Made by a program: the position numbers and the translations under genes | Part shown: piece by piece, positions 19,631-29,227 of the stretch | How positions within the stretch are numbered: the first letter of the stretch is position 1 | How the letters are laid out: each line of letters starts with the position of its first letter | The notes under the pieces: generated by a model | Told to the model about the DNA's origin: nothing | What the model saw: only the letters and a program-made list of their open reading frames with translations | Database searches by the model: none | Source: an uncultured Bacillota bacterium | GTDB taxonomy: Bacteria; Sysuimicrobiota; Sysuimicrobiia; Sysuimicrobiales; Segetimicrobiaceae | NCBI GenBank assembly: GCA_963804645.1 | Contig: CAWDRG010000009.1 | Location: 736,001-800,000, forward strand | DNA length: 64,000 bases | Direction of reading: 5' to 3'

Positions 19631-19840
19631 CTACGACTCGTTCCCGGGCAGCGACTCTTGCTGAGGCGCGGCCGGGTCCGTCGGGATGGGGGCTGCGGGG
19701 ACGCCCGATTCTGACGCCGGAGCCTCGTCGGTCGGGGCCGTGTGGCCGCGAGACTGCCGCCGCGCGAGCTTGGCGTCGCGCTTCGCCTTCTGCTTGAGTT
19801 CGCGCGCACGCTTGGCCGCGTTGTAGTTTGGACGACTCAC
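19631..19840 (-). CDS. Small basic hypothetical protein (69 aa)
   Basis: GTG after AGGAG; SRPNYNAAKRARELKQKAKRDAKLARRQ then a Pro/Ala/acidic tail; TGGTATACT extended -10 upstream (about 19874-19882). Confidence 0.7.
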   Translation of the reverse strand: MSRPNYNAAKRARELKQKAKRDAKLARRQSRGHTAPTDEAPASESGVPAAPIPTDPAAPQQESLPGNES

Positions 19841-19985
19841 CCAGCACGCTCCTGCGAATCCGAAGTACATCATAGTATACCACTCGGGCGCGCGCTTCCC
19901 GGAAGTCTGCGCGGTCCGCGGGCCCGCGCGGGGCGCCGCGCCGCACTCGTGAACCGGGCCCGGACTCGCCCACCCGTACGCGTGT

Positions 19986-20014
19986 TTGACGCCGCAGGCC
20001 CGTCTTGGTACAAT
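19986..20014 (+). promoter_or_regulatory. Sigma70-type promoter for the DEAD-box helicase
   Basis: TTGACG (19986-19991), 17 bp, TACAAT (20009-20014) with TGn extension. Confidence 0.75.
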
Positions 20015-20202
20015 AATCGTGTCGTCATACATGCGTTCGGCGGGGGATGTTGACACCGTCCCTCGCGGTGTGTCGCAGGCCTTCTTCGTGGCGAGTTGGT
20101 CCCGGCGAGACACGCGCAGGATGCCGGCACTAACTTGAGCGGCTCAGCCGCACCCGGCCCTTCAGGCCGGATCACGAGGAGGCGATTTGTATTAGTACTG
20201 TA

Positions 20203-21378
20203 GTGACAGACACCGTTGTGACAGACGTGGAAGTGACCGATCCCCTGAGTTCGTTCGACAGCCTCGCACTTCGCCCGGAGACTTCCCGGGCCATTCACGC
20301 GTTGGGCTGGACCACGCCCACGCCGATTCAGGCCAAGATCATCCCGATCATGACCTCGGGCCGGGACGTCGTCGGGCAGGCCCAGACCGGATCGGGCAAG
20401 ACCGGCGCGTACGGCATCCCGCTCGTCGAGCGCCTCGATCCCGCGAAGCGCACCATCCAAGCCCTGGTCCTGGTGCCGACGCGGGAACTCGCCCTGCAGG
20501 TGGCGGGCGACGTGCGGGCGCTCGGCCGCGGGCGCGGGCTTCGGGTCGTCGCGCTGTACGGCGGGCAGTCGATCGACCGGCAGTTCGCGGACTTGAAGCG
20601 GCATCCCCACATTGCGATCGCGACCCCGGGCCGCCTCTTGGACCACATGGAGCGGCGCACCGTGAACATCGGGACGGCGGAGATCGTCATCCTCGACGAG
20701 GCGGACCGCATGCTGGACATGGGGTTCCTGCCGGACGTGTCCCGCATCCTCGGCAAGACGCCGAGCTCGCGCCAGACGGCGCTGTTCTCGGCGACGATCC
20801 CGATGGAGATCCGGTCGATCGCCTCGCAGCACATGCGGCTGCCGGAGTGGGTGGCGATCGAGGCCCGGGCACGGACCGTCGAAACCGTCGAGCAGTTCTA
20901 TCTCGAGGTGGCGGAAGAGGACAAGGTGAAAGCGCTGCGCCGGCTGATGCGGGACGAGCCGATCACGTCCGGCCTCGTGTTCCGCCGGACGCGGCACCGT
21001 GCCGACCGGCTCGAGCGGGCGTTCGCCCGCGAGGGCGGGGTGGGCGTGATCCACGGCGGGATGCGCGAAACGGCGCGCCTTCGGGCGCTGCGCGACTTCG
21101 AGGAGAAGCGCGTGCGCCTGTTGATCGCCACCAATGTCGCGTCGCGCGGGCTCGATCTTCCCGAAGTCTCCCACGTCATCAACTACGATATCCCCGAGGA
21201 CGTCGACACGTATATCCACCGCATCGGCCGGACGGCGCGCGCGGGACGGCGCGGCGTCGCGATCACGTTCGTCGGCCAGTACGACATCGATCTGTTCGAT
21301 CAGCTGCAGCGCGGCATCGGGTCCGCACTGCGGCGCCACTCCCTCAATATCTACGAGAGCGGCCACCGGGCGCGTTAG
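20203..21378 (+). CDS. DEAD-box RNA helicase (core only)
   Basis: TPIQ Q-motif, AQTGSGKT, PTRELA, TPGRLLD, DEAD, SAT, HRIGRTAR. Confidence 0.96.
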   Translation: MTDTVVTDVEVTDPLSSFDSLALRPETSRAIHALGWTTPTPIQAKIIPIMTSGRDVVGQAQTGSGKTGAYGIPLVERLDPAKRTIQALVLVPTRELALQVAGDVRALGRGRGLRVVALYGGQSIDRQFADLKRHPHIAIATPGRLLDHMERRTVNIGTAEIVILDEADRMLDMGFLPDVSRILGKTPSSRQTALFSATIPMEIRSIASQHMRLPEWVAIEARARTVETVEQFYLEVAEEDKVKALRRLMRDEPITSGLVFRRTRHRADRLERAFAREGGVGVIHGGMRETARLRALRDFEEKRVRLLIATNVASRGLDLPEVSHVINYDIPEDVDTYIHRIGRTARAGRRGVAITFVGQYDIDLFDQLQRGIGSALRRHSLNIYESGHRAR

Positions 21379-21401
21379 CCTCGCCGGGTCGCGAACGGAT
21401 C

Positions 21402-21445
21402 GGGCCCCGACGGCGCATCGCGCGCCGCCGGGGCTCTTCGTGTGT
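21402..21445 (+). terminator. Probable terminator hairpin after the helicase
   Basis: GGGCCCCGACGGCGC-ATCGC-GCGCCGCCGGGGCTC followed by a weak T-rich tail. Confidence 0.55.
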
Positions 21446-21937
21446 GCGCCCGGTGCGCCGGGGCGGCCCCTCCGCTCATCGCGCGCGAGGTCGGTCGAGA
21501 GGTCGCCGCGCACGTGCACGTCCCCGCGTGCCGGGGCACGGCTCATGTGAGACATCACACCACTCCGTTCGTCTGTATACATGTAGTGATCATGCGCGGC
21601 GATGTCCGTGCCGCGCGCCGCTCCCCAGGCGGGGGAGCCGTGAGAACGTGTCTCATCGACCGGCCACACACGAGCCCGATCGGATGAGACCGCGTTCTTG
21701 ATGGGCGGGGTAGGACGGGTGTTCTGTATGGGGTCAGCGGCGGATCTTGCAACCTATCGCCGCGCCGCGATTCGGGCGAATTCTGGGGCTGCTCGACGGA
21801 GGCCTCTGGTTCTCTCAAAATCTTTCAAGATTCCTCCGAGTTCCAGGAGGAAAAAAGCAAGTAGTGTCGTATGTAGGGTATGCGAGGGCCAAAATAGGCC
21901 CCCCTGGACACCAAATATCGAAAGGAGGGCCCAATTC

Positions 21938-21982
21938 GTGGCAACCAAGAAGAAGGCAGCCAAGAAGGGTAAGAAGCGCTAA
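21938..21982 (+). CDS. 14-aa Lys-rich microprotein MATKKKAAKKGKKR
   Basis: AAAGGAGG RBS at 21921-21928, GTG start, TAA stop, all Lys codons AAG, downstream terminator hairpin. Confidence 0.7.
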   Translation: MATKKKAAKKGKKR

Positions 21983-22005
21983 ATCGCAATTAGGTACGGC
22001 TTTTC

Positions 22006-22049
22006 CCGGGGGGTGCTGCCCGAATGAGGCAGGGCCCCCCGGACGTTTT
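22006..22049 (+). terminator. Intrinsic terminator after the microprotein
   Basis: CCGGGGGGTGCTGCC-CGAATGA-GGCAGGGCCCCCCGG followed by ACGTTTT. Confidence 0.7.
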
Positions 22050-22123
22050 CCCGGGCGGCGCGCGCATCGCGGCGCGCCGAGGCGGCGGAGGATGATGTCC
22101 GCTCCGGGCGAAACCTTCGCCGT

Positions 22124-23230
22124 ATGACGGATCCCAGGATCGAGAAGCTCGCCCGCGTCCTGATCCACTACGCGCTCCGCCTGGAACCCGGCCAGCTCCT
22201 GCGCATCCGCGGGCCCGCGCTCGCCGCGCCGCAGATTCTCGCCGCGTATCGTGAGGCGCTGGTCGCCGGCGCGCATCCGACGGTGCGGATCAGCGTCGAG
22301 GGCCTCGACGACATCTACTACCGCACGGCCACGGACGACCAGTTGCGCTACGTCTCGGCGCTCGACCGGCACGAGGTCGAGACGCTCGACGCGGAGCTGT
22401 CGTTTCTCGGCGCCTACAACACCCGGGCGATGACGCGGGTCGATCCCGGCCGGATGCGGATGCGCCGCGAGGCGACGCGGGAGCTGAGCCAGCGGTTCAT
22501 GGAGCGGGCCGGCGCGGGCACGCTGCGGTGGTGCCTCACGCAGGCGCCGACCCAGGCCGACGCCCAGGAAGCGGAGATGTCGTTCGGCGAGTACGAGGCG
22601 TTTGTATACGGCGCGGGGCATCTCGATGAAGACGATCCGGTCGCGGCGTGGGAGCACGTCGCGCGCGAGCAGGCGGCCGTCTGCGAGCGGCTCGCGCGCA
22701 TGCGGACCCTGCGCATCGTCGCGCCGGACACCGATCTGACCGTGCACGTCGCCGGCCGCAAGTGGATCAGCGCGGCCGGGACGCACAACTTCCCGGACGG
22801 CGAGGTCTTCACGGGGCCGGCGGAGGACGCGACGCGCGGCACCGTCCGCTTCAGCTTCCCGGCGCTGTACGGCGGGCGCGAGGTCACCGACGTGCGCCTC
22901 GTGTTCGACGGCGGACGCGTCGTCTCGGCGACCGCGGCGAAGGGCGAGCAGCTCCTCCAGGCGATGCTCGACGTCGACGCGGGCGCCCGGGTCCTGGGCG
23001 AGTTCGCGTTCGGCCTCAACTACGGCATCCAGCAGTTTACGCGCAACATCCTGTTCGACGAGAAGATCGGCGGGACGCTCCACATGGCGCTCGGGGCCGC
23101 GTACCCGGAGACCGGCGGGAAGAACACGTCCGGCCTGCACTGGGATATGATCCTGGATCTGCGGGAGAACGGCGCGGAAGTCTTCGCCGACGGCGAGGTC
23201 GTCTACCGGAACGGCCGCTTCCTCACGTAG
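22124..23230 (+). CDS. M29-family aminopeptidase (AmpS/AmpT type)
   Basis: DPRIEKLARVL, NFPDGEVFTGP, LGEFAFG, ILFDEKIGGTLHMALG, HWDMI. Confidence 0.94.
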   Translation: MTDPRIEKLARVLIHYALRLEPGQLLRIRGPALAAPQILAAYREALVAGAHPTVRISVEGLDDIYYRTATDDQLRYVSALDRHEVETLDAELSFLGAYNTRAMTRVDPGRMRMRREATRELSQRFMERAGAGTLRWCLTQAPTQADAQEAEMSFGEYEAFVYGAGHLDEDDPVAAWEHVAREQAAVCERLARMRTLRIVAPDTDLTVHVAGRKWISAAGTHNFPDGEVFTGPAEDATRGTVRFSFPALYGGREVTDVRLVFDGGRVVSATAAKGEQLLQAMLDVDAGARVLGEFAFGLNYGIQQFTRNILFDEKIGGTLHMALGAAYPETGGKNTSGLHWDMILDLRENGAEVFADGEVVYRNGRFLT

Positions 23231-23516
23231 GCCGCTCCCCGCCGCGCGCGCGCTCGACGCGCTCGAAGAGGGCGGCGAACTCGGCCTCGGTGCGCTCGGT
23301 CACCTCCTCCGCCATCTCGGCGTAGCGGCGTCCCTCACCCGCCTTGATCTGGATGTTGGAGAGGACGCGGCCCTCGAGCTCGCGGAGGAGTGCGAGCACG
23401 TCGTCGGCCGGGACGCTCCCCCAGTCGCCCGCGAGCACGCGGTCCACGAACTCGTCGAGCGGGCGGGCGTCGTCTTCGCACACCTGCGCGTACAGCTCCC
23501 ACAGGCGCGCGCTCAT
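23223..23516 (-). CDS. Hypothetical acidic helical protein (97 aa)
   Basis: ATG overlaps the upstream TGA; MSARLWELYAQVCEDD... is the protein-like tail of the 740-aa ORF. Confidence 0.7.
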   Translation of the reverse strand: MSARLWELYAQVCEDDARPLDEFVDRVLAGDWGSVPADDVLALLRELEGRVLSNIQIKAGEGRRYAEMAEEVTERTEAEFAALFERVERARGGERPT

Positions 23517-25501
23517 TCGCCTGCGCCCCCGAGTTCCCACGCCTCGAGCAGCGCGGCGACGCTCCACGCCTGGGCGATGCATCCGGCCGCGCCGTACGGG
23601 GACGCTCCCTCGAAGATCTCGCTCACGGTGCCGAGTCCCGCCTCCAGCAGGTGCGCCCGGAACGGCTCGATGAGGCGGCGCGCCGCCGCGCGGTCGCCGG
23701 TCGCGCGCACGAGCGCCGTCGCGTACGGGCCGAGCCACCACGCCCAGACCGTGCCCTGGTGGTACGCCTCGTCCCGGGAGACGACCCCGCCCCGGTACCG
23801 GCCGCGGTAGGCCGGGTCGTCGGGGGCGAGCGACCGCAGGCCGAACGGCGTCAGCAGCTTCGCTCCCACCGCGCCAAGTACCGCGCGGGCCGCCGGCCCG
23901 TCGACCAGCGCGTGGGGCAGCGAGAGCGCGAGCAGCTGGTTCGGGCGGAGCGACCGGTCGGGCGTGCCGTCCGGCGCGATGACGTCGTACAGGTAGCCGC
24001 CGGCGTCGTAGAAGAACGCGCCCGAGAACGCGCGGCGAACCGCGGCCGCGCCGCTGGCGTACGCGGTGCCGTCCCGGCCGAGCATCTCCGACCAGCGCGC
24101 CGCGACACACAGCAGTTCGTGCCAGAGCGCGTTCAGGTCGACCGCTTTGCCCATGCGCGGCGTGATCGCGCGGCCGTTCACGCGGGCATCCATCCAGGTC
24201 AGGGCGAGCCCGGGCTCGCCCGCGGTCAGCAGGCCGTCGGCCGGATCGACGCGGATGCCGTGGCGCGTGCCGGACCGGTACCGTTCCGCGATCTCCCGGA
24301 TCGCCGGGTACACTCGCTCGAGGAGCTCGCGGTCCCACACGCGCGCGAGGTACCGGTCGAGCGCGTGCGCGTACCACAACGCCGAATCCGCGCTCGTGTA
24401 CTCCGGAGGGGCGCCGTCGTCCGGGAACCGGTTCGGCAGCATGCCCTCGCTCACCACGTCGGCGAAGGAGCGGAGGATCTCGCGCGCGTCGTCGAGCCGG
24501 CCGGTGGCGAGCGTAAGCCCGGGCAGCGAGATCATGGCGTCGCGCCCCCAGTCCTCGAACCAGTGGTAGCCGGCGATCACCGAGTGCCGGCCGGCGCCCT
24601 GGACGAGGAACGCGTCCGCGGCGAGGACGAGCGCGTCGCGGAGCCCGCCGGGCCCCGGCAGCGTCGTGGGATCGCGCGGGAGCGCGCCGGCGCGGTCGAT
24701 CAGCGTCTGCTGCCGGCGGCGCTCGTCTTCGTAGGTGGTGCCGGCCGCGGACGCGTCCGGCTCCGCGGAGACGCGCAGGGTGAGGTCCTCTCCCGGCTCG
24801 AGCGACGCCTCGAACACGCCGGGCACGTAGAGGTCTTCGATCGCGTCGAGCCCGCGGTCGCGCTCGACGCGGTGCAGGACGCGCCAGTACCACGCCGGGG
24901 AGTCCGCGAAGCGGCCGCGGTCCACCGTGAGCGTGTACGGGACGGCGCCGGGCCAGGGCGTGACGCGGATGCCGCCCGGGATCGGCGCGACGTCGAACTG
25001 CCACCCGGGGTCGCCGTAGGTGTGCGTGTGGTGATCGCGCTCGGTCAGGTAGGGCCGGATCGCCATGCGCAGCGCCGGGCCGCCCGGGAGCAGCCGGTAC
25101 CGGACGCAGGCGGTGTTCCGTCCGCGCGGCATCCAGACCGCCTTCTCGAGCACGGCGCCGGAGACCGCGAACGTCCAGACGGGAATCGAGCCGTCGAGCC
25201 GGAAGCCCGCGAGCGAGCGGTACCCCTCCGGGTCGATCGTCCCGTCGGCGTACTCGTTCGTCCCGAGCTCGACGAGGCGGCCGCGTCCATCGCGGAGATC
25301 GATCGTCTCGTCGACCTTCGCGACCAGCACGGTGCGGCGGACGGGCGGGGCGAGCGCGGCGACGAGGAGGCCGTGATAGCGGCGGGTGGTCGCGCCGGAC
25401 ACGGTCCCGGACGCGTAGCCGCCGATGCCGTTCGTGACGAGCCACTCGCGGCGGAGCGCCGCGTCGAGAAACGAGAGGAGGGAGTCCGGCAGGCTCAGCA
25501 T
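23513..25501 (-). CDS. Amylo-alpha-1,6-glucosidase / archaeal-type glycogen debranching enzyme
   Basis: REWLVTNGIGGYASGT, RRYHGLL, IAGYHWFEDWGRD, LTWMDA, YHQGTVW, AQAWSVA. Confidence 0.94.
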   Translation of the reverse strand: MLSLPDSLLSFLDAALRREWLVTNGIGGYASGTVSGATTRRYHGLLVAALAPPVRRTVLVAKVDETIDLRDGRGRLVELGTNEYADGTIDPEGYRSLAGFRLDGSIPVWTFAVSGAVLEKAVWMPRGRNTACVRYRLLPGGPALRMAIRPYLTERDHHTHTYGDPGWQFDVAPIPGGIRVTPWPGAVPYTLTVDRGRFADSPAWYWRVLHRVERDRGLDAIEDLYVPGVFEASLEPGEDLTLRVSAEPDASAAGTTYEDERRRQQTLIDRAGALPRDPTTLPGPGGLRDALVLAADAFLVQGAGRHSVIAGYHWFEDWGRDAMISLPGLTLATGRLDDAREILRSFADVVSEGMLPNRFPDDGAPPEYTSADSALWYAHALDRYLARVWDRELLERVYPAIREIAERYRSGTRHGIRVDPADGLLTAGEPGLALTWMDARVNGRAITPRMGKAVDLNALWHELLCVAARWSEMLGRDGTAYASGAAAVRRAFSGAFFYDAGGYLYDVIAPDGTPDRSLRPNQLLALSLPHALVDGPAARAVLGAVGAKLLTPFGLRSLAPDDPAYRGRYRGGVVSRDEAYHQGTVWAWWLGPYATALVRATGDRAAARRLIEPFRAHLLEAGLGTVSEIFEGASPYGAAGCIAQAWSVAALLEAWELGGAGE

Positions 25502-25538
25502 CGCGCGCCGCGCGGCCGCCGGGACCCGCGGCGTCGCG

Positions 25539-26459
25539 CTAGTGGCCCTCGAGATAGCGCTCGACGTCCATCGCGGCCATGCAGCCCCAGCCCGCGGCCG
25601 TCACCGCCTGGCGGTACCGCTGGTCGTGCACGTCGCCCGCGGCGAACACCCCCGTGATGTTGGTCATCGTGTGCTCGCGAAGCCGCACGTACCCCTGCTC
25701 GTCCAGTTCGACCTGGCCGCGGAACAGCTCGGTGTTCGGATGGTGGCCGATCGCGAGGAACAGCCCGTCCACGGGAAACTGCTCGACCGCGTTCGTGCGG
25801 AGGTCGCGCAGTGCGAGGCCCGTGACCTTGTCGTCCCCCAGCACGTCCTCGATGACCGTGTTCCAGCGCACACGGATCTTGCCGTGGTTGAGCGCGCGCT
25901 CGGCCATGATTTTGCTCGCCCGGAACGCCTCGCGGCGGTGGAGAATCGTCACGCGGGTCGCGAACTTCGTGAGTACCAGTGCCTCCTCCATTGCCGAGTC
26001 CCCGCCGCCGACGACCGCGACCTCCTTGTTGCGGAAGAAGAACGCGTCGCACGGCGCGCACGAGGAGACGCCGTGGCCGATCAGGCGCTGCTCGTTCGGC
26101 AGCCCGAGCCAGTTGGTGCCCGCCCCGGTCGCGATGATCACCGACTCGCTGGTGAGCGTCCGGCCCCCCACGGCGATCTCGAACGGGCGCCGGCGCAGCT
26201 CGACCGCGGTCGCGTCCTCGTCGATGAAGTCGACTTCGAAGCGCTCCGCCTGCCGGCGCATGACCTCCATCAGCTCCGGCCCCTGGATGCCGTCCGCGAA
26301 CCCCGGGAAGTTCTCGACGTCGGTCGTCATCGTGAGCTGCCCGCCGCGCTGGCTGCCCGAGATCACGAGCGGCCGCAGCTGCGCGCGGGCGGCGTAGACG
26401 GCCGCGGTCAGTCCCGCGGCGCCCGACCCGATGATGACCACCTTGAGCGTGTCCGCCAT
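25539..26459 (-). CDS. trxB: Thioredoxin-disulfide reductase
   Basis: IIGSGAAG, GGQL..TTDVENFPG, CAPC redox motif, GGGDSAMEEA, FAAGDV. Confidence 0.96.
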   Translation of the reverse strand: MADTLKVVIIGSGAAGLTAAVYAARAQLRPLVISGSQRGGQLTMTTDVENFPGFADGIQGPELMEVMRRQAERFEVDFIDEDATAVELRRRPFEIAVGGRTLTSESVIIATGAGTNWLGLPNEQRLIGHGVSSCAPCDAFFFRNKEVAVVGGGDSAMEEALVLTKFATRVTILHRREAFRASKIMAERALNHGKIRVRWNTVIEDVLGDDKVTGLALRDLRTNAVEQFPVDGLFLAIGHHPNTELFRGQVELDEQGYVRLREHTMTNITGVFAAGDVHDQRYRQAVTAAGWGCMAAMDVERYLEGH

Positions 26460-26554
26460 GCCGTGCACCTCCCGGCGGGGGTGGTCCCGCCGCCTGCTTT
26501 CACAACGTGTCCGGCCCGCGAATTCTTCCCCGCCCGGGGAGGCCCGCCGCGCGA

Positions 26555-28003
26555 TCAGGCGCGGGCGGCGAGCACGCGGTGGTGCTGGACGAAGTTCGTC
26601 CGGCCCCGCGCTACGATCGGGACCGAGCCCATGATCACCACGGCGTCGCCGGGGCGCGCGAGGTGCCGGTGGAGCAGCTCCCGGTCGACCGCCCGGATCA
26701 TCGCCTCCGTGCTGTGCTGGAACGGCACGACGAGCGGCCGGACGCCCCAGCAGACGCTCAGGAGGCGCGCCACGCGCTCGTCCTCCGTGCACGCGAGGGC
26801 GGGGACCGAGGGGCGGAGGCGCGAGATCGCCCGGGCCGCCCGGCCGGTCGTCGTCAGCACGACGATCATGCGCACCCGGCAGTCCTCGGCGATCTCCTGC
26901 GCGGCGGACGCGATCGACTGTAAGAGTGTCGGGCGCGCGAGCGGGCCGGGACCGTCGAAGCGCGTGCCGGCCTCGACCGCCTGCGCGATCCGCACCATCG
27001 TCGCGACGGCCTGCACGGGGTACCGGCCCACCGCGGTCTCGGCCGAGAGCATCACCGCGTCGGTGCCGTCGAGGATCGCGTTCGCAACGTCGGAGGTCTC
27101 GGCGCGCGTCGGGCGCTCGTCCCGCACCATCGACTCGAGCATCTGCGTCGCGGTGATCACCGGGACGCCCCGGTCGTTCGAGACGCGGATGATCCGCTTC
27201 TGGAGCAGCGGGACCTGCTCCGGCGGCAGCTCGACGCCGAGGTCGCCGCGGGCGACCATCACGGCGTCGGACGCGGCGACGATCTCCTCGAGGTTGCCGA
27301 TCGCCTCGAAGCGCTCGAGCTTCGAGACGATCGGGACCGACCGCCCGAGCCGGCGCATCACGCGCCGGGCGTTCTGGAGGTCCCGGGCCGAGCGGACGAA
27401 GCTCAGCGCCACGAAGTCGACGCCCGCGCGCAGTCCGTAGCGAAGGTCCGCGAGGTCCTTCGGCGTGAGCGACGGGCCGCGCAGCGGCACCCCCGGCAGG
27501 TTGACGCCCTGGTGGCTGTCCAGCACGCCGCCCTCGACGACGCGGCACCGGACCTCCTGGCCTGCGCGGCCGAGTGCGAGGAGCTCGATCATCCCATCGC
27601 GCAGCAGGATGCGCTGGCCGCGGCGGACGAGGCCGGTGAATCGGGGAAACGCGATCGGGATCCGCTCCGCGCCGCCGATCACGCGCCGCGTGGTCAGGAT
27701 CACCTCGTGGCCCGGGACGAGGTGCACGGGATGCGCGAGGCGGCCCACCCGGATCTTCGGGCCCTGCAGGTCTTGCAGGATCGCGAGCGGCGCGTCGGCG
27801 CGGCGGGCGACGCTCCGGAGGCGCGCGATCAGGCGTCCGTGGTCGGTGCGTGCGCCGTGGGAGAAGTTGATCCGCGCGACGTCCATCCCGGCCGCGAGCA
27901 GGCGCTCGAGCACCTTCTCGCTGTCGCTCGCGGGGCCGATCGTCGCGACGACTTTCGTCCCGTGGGAAGTGATGGGGCGCGGTACCGCGTGCGCGCTCGG
28001 CAT
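26555..28003 (-). CDS. pyk: Pyruvate kinase
   Basis: TKVVATIGPAS, RINFSHG, DLQGPKIR, MVARGDLGVE, ATQMLESM, PTRAE, MLSAETA. Confidence 0.96.
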   Translation of the reverse strand: MPSAHAVPRPITSHGTKVVATIGPASDSEKVLERLLAAGMDVARINFSHGARTDHGRLIARLRSVARRADAPLAILQDLQGPKIRVGRLAHPVHLVPGHEVILTTRRVIGGAERIPIAFPRFTGLVRRGQRILLRDGMIELLALGRAGQEVRCRVVEGGVLDSHQGVNLPGVPLRGPSLTPKDLADLRYGLRAGVDFVALSFVRSARDLQNARRVMRRLGRSVPIVSKLERFEAIGNLEEIVAASDAVMVARGDLGVELPPEQVPLLQKRIIRVSNDRGVPVITATQMLESMVRDERPTRAETSDVANAILDGTDAVMLSAETAVGRYPVQAVATMVRIAQAVEAGTRFDGPGPLARPTLLQSIASAAQEIAEDCRVRMIVVLTTTGRAARAISRLRPSVPALACTEDERVARLLSVCWGVRPLVVPFQHSTEAMIRAVDRELLHRHLARPGDAVVIMGSVPIVARGRTNFVQHHRVLAARA

Positions 28004-28243
28004 CAGGAACCACTCCTCCCCGCGGCCGTCCGGGCTCGCGGGACGCGGACCCGCATCGTGCCGTTCCTGCGTGACGGTCCGGGCATGTGCCATCGTCCCC
28101 ACGACAGGTCTTCGCCGCGGGACCGCCCATTCCCGACCAGGCGGCGAATATTGTTGGCGCGGGTCGGGGGAGGAGCGCGGCGCGGGCGGATGCAATTGCA
28201 GGAAGGGCCGCGGTACGGCGCGTTCGGCGGCCGGGAGATGGGC

Positions 28244-28549
28244 ATGGCGATCATGGCGATCAGCGTCACCCCGGTGGGGACGGGGTCCCCGAGCGTGGGG
28301 GCCTACGTGGCGGAAGCGGTGCGGGTGCTCGAGGAGAGCGGCCTCCGGTACGAGCTGCGCGCGATGCACACCGAGGTCGAAGGGGATCTGGAACGGCTGC
28401 TCGCGCTCGTGCCCGAGATCCACCGCGCGTGCTTCGCGCTCGGGGCCCAGCGCGTGTCCACCGTGATCAAGATCGACGAGCGCCGGGACGCCCCGTCGTC
28501 GATCGCGGGCAAAGTGCGGTCGGTCGAGCACCGCCGCCGGCGCGCGTAG
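28244..28549 (+). CDS. MTH1187/YqgV-family thiamine-binding protein
   Basis: ISVTPVGTGSPSVGAYVA, MHTEVEG, RVSTVIKIDERRD, KVRSV. Confidence 0.88.
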   Translation: MAIMAISVTPVGTGSPSVGAYVAEAVRVLEESGLRYELRAMHTEVEGDLERLLALVPEIHRACFALGAQRVSTVIKIDERRDAPSSIAGKVRSVEHRRRRA

Positions 28550-28563
28550 GCGGCACCCGGGCG

Positions 28564-29175
28564 ATGGGCGGATTCGCCTCCGGGTGGCTCGAGCGCTGGT
28601 TCGAGCGCACCTACAAGATTCAGCCGATCGGCTCGGGCGGGTATATCCTGCGCATCGGGTTGATCCGTTATCGCGGTCCTCGCGTGGAGCTCGCCGACGG
28701 GACGGTCGTCACCGCGGGCGATACCGTGGGCGAGCTTCACATGGACAACGCGCGGGCGCAGGCCCTGCACCAGGAAGGGCACGGCGGCCTCAAATTCCGC
28801 CGCGAGGTCTTCCGGGCGCTGCCCGCGCTCGGGGCCGAGCTCTCGATGAAGCCGGAGTACGGACCGGTGCAGGCGTTCTGCGGTGCGAGCTTGTTCTGGC
28901 ACGGGGCCGCCCGGGCCGGATTCGAGGACCGGCCGCTCCCGGCGTTCGAGCGGTGGTGGCTCACGTGGTGGGAGCGCCACTTGATGGCGAGATACCATCC
29001 CGAGGGTCGACAGCGCCTCGACGAAGGAAATCGGACGGAACTGCGCCAGATCTGGATCAGCCGGAAGACGCTGCTGCGCTACGCGGAGGCGGCGGCGCGG
29101 CGCGGCGGGGCCGCGGACGGCGCGGCTGCCCCACAGAGTTCCGCGGAGGCCGGCGCGGACGACCGGGGCGGGTGA
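28564..29175 (+). CDS. YkoP-like protein
   Basis: W..WERWF-like start, RYRGPRVELADGTVV..GD.VGELHMDN and ELRQIWISR resemble the YkoP domain. Confidence 0.7.
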   Translation: MGGFASGWLERWFERTYKIQPIGSGGYILRIGLIRYRGPRVELADGTVVTAGDTVGELHMDNARAQALHQEGHGGLKFRREVFRALPALGAELSMKPEYGPVQAFCGASLFWHGAARAGFEDRPLPAFERWWLTWWERHLMARYHPEGRQRLDEGNRTELRQIWISRKTLLRYAEAAARRGGAADGAAAPQSSAEAGADDRGG

Positions 29176-29227
29176 GCCGGCGGCGACGGTGTCGCCGGCC
29201 GCGGTGTGACGGGGACGGGCCGCTGCG

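Noticed and set aside
25539..28130. Apparent long N-terminal extensions or fusions (863-aa TrxB ORF, also 5780-7600, 11325-12941, 23223-25445, 33183-35057, 42857-44614)
   Set aside because: The extensions are off-frame reads through upstream genes or spacers; real starts with RBS or stop/start overlap lie downstream.
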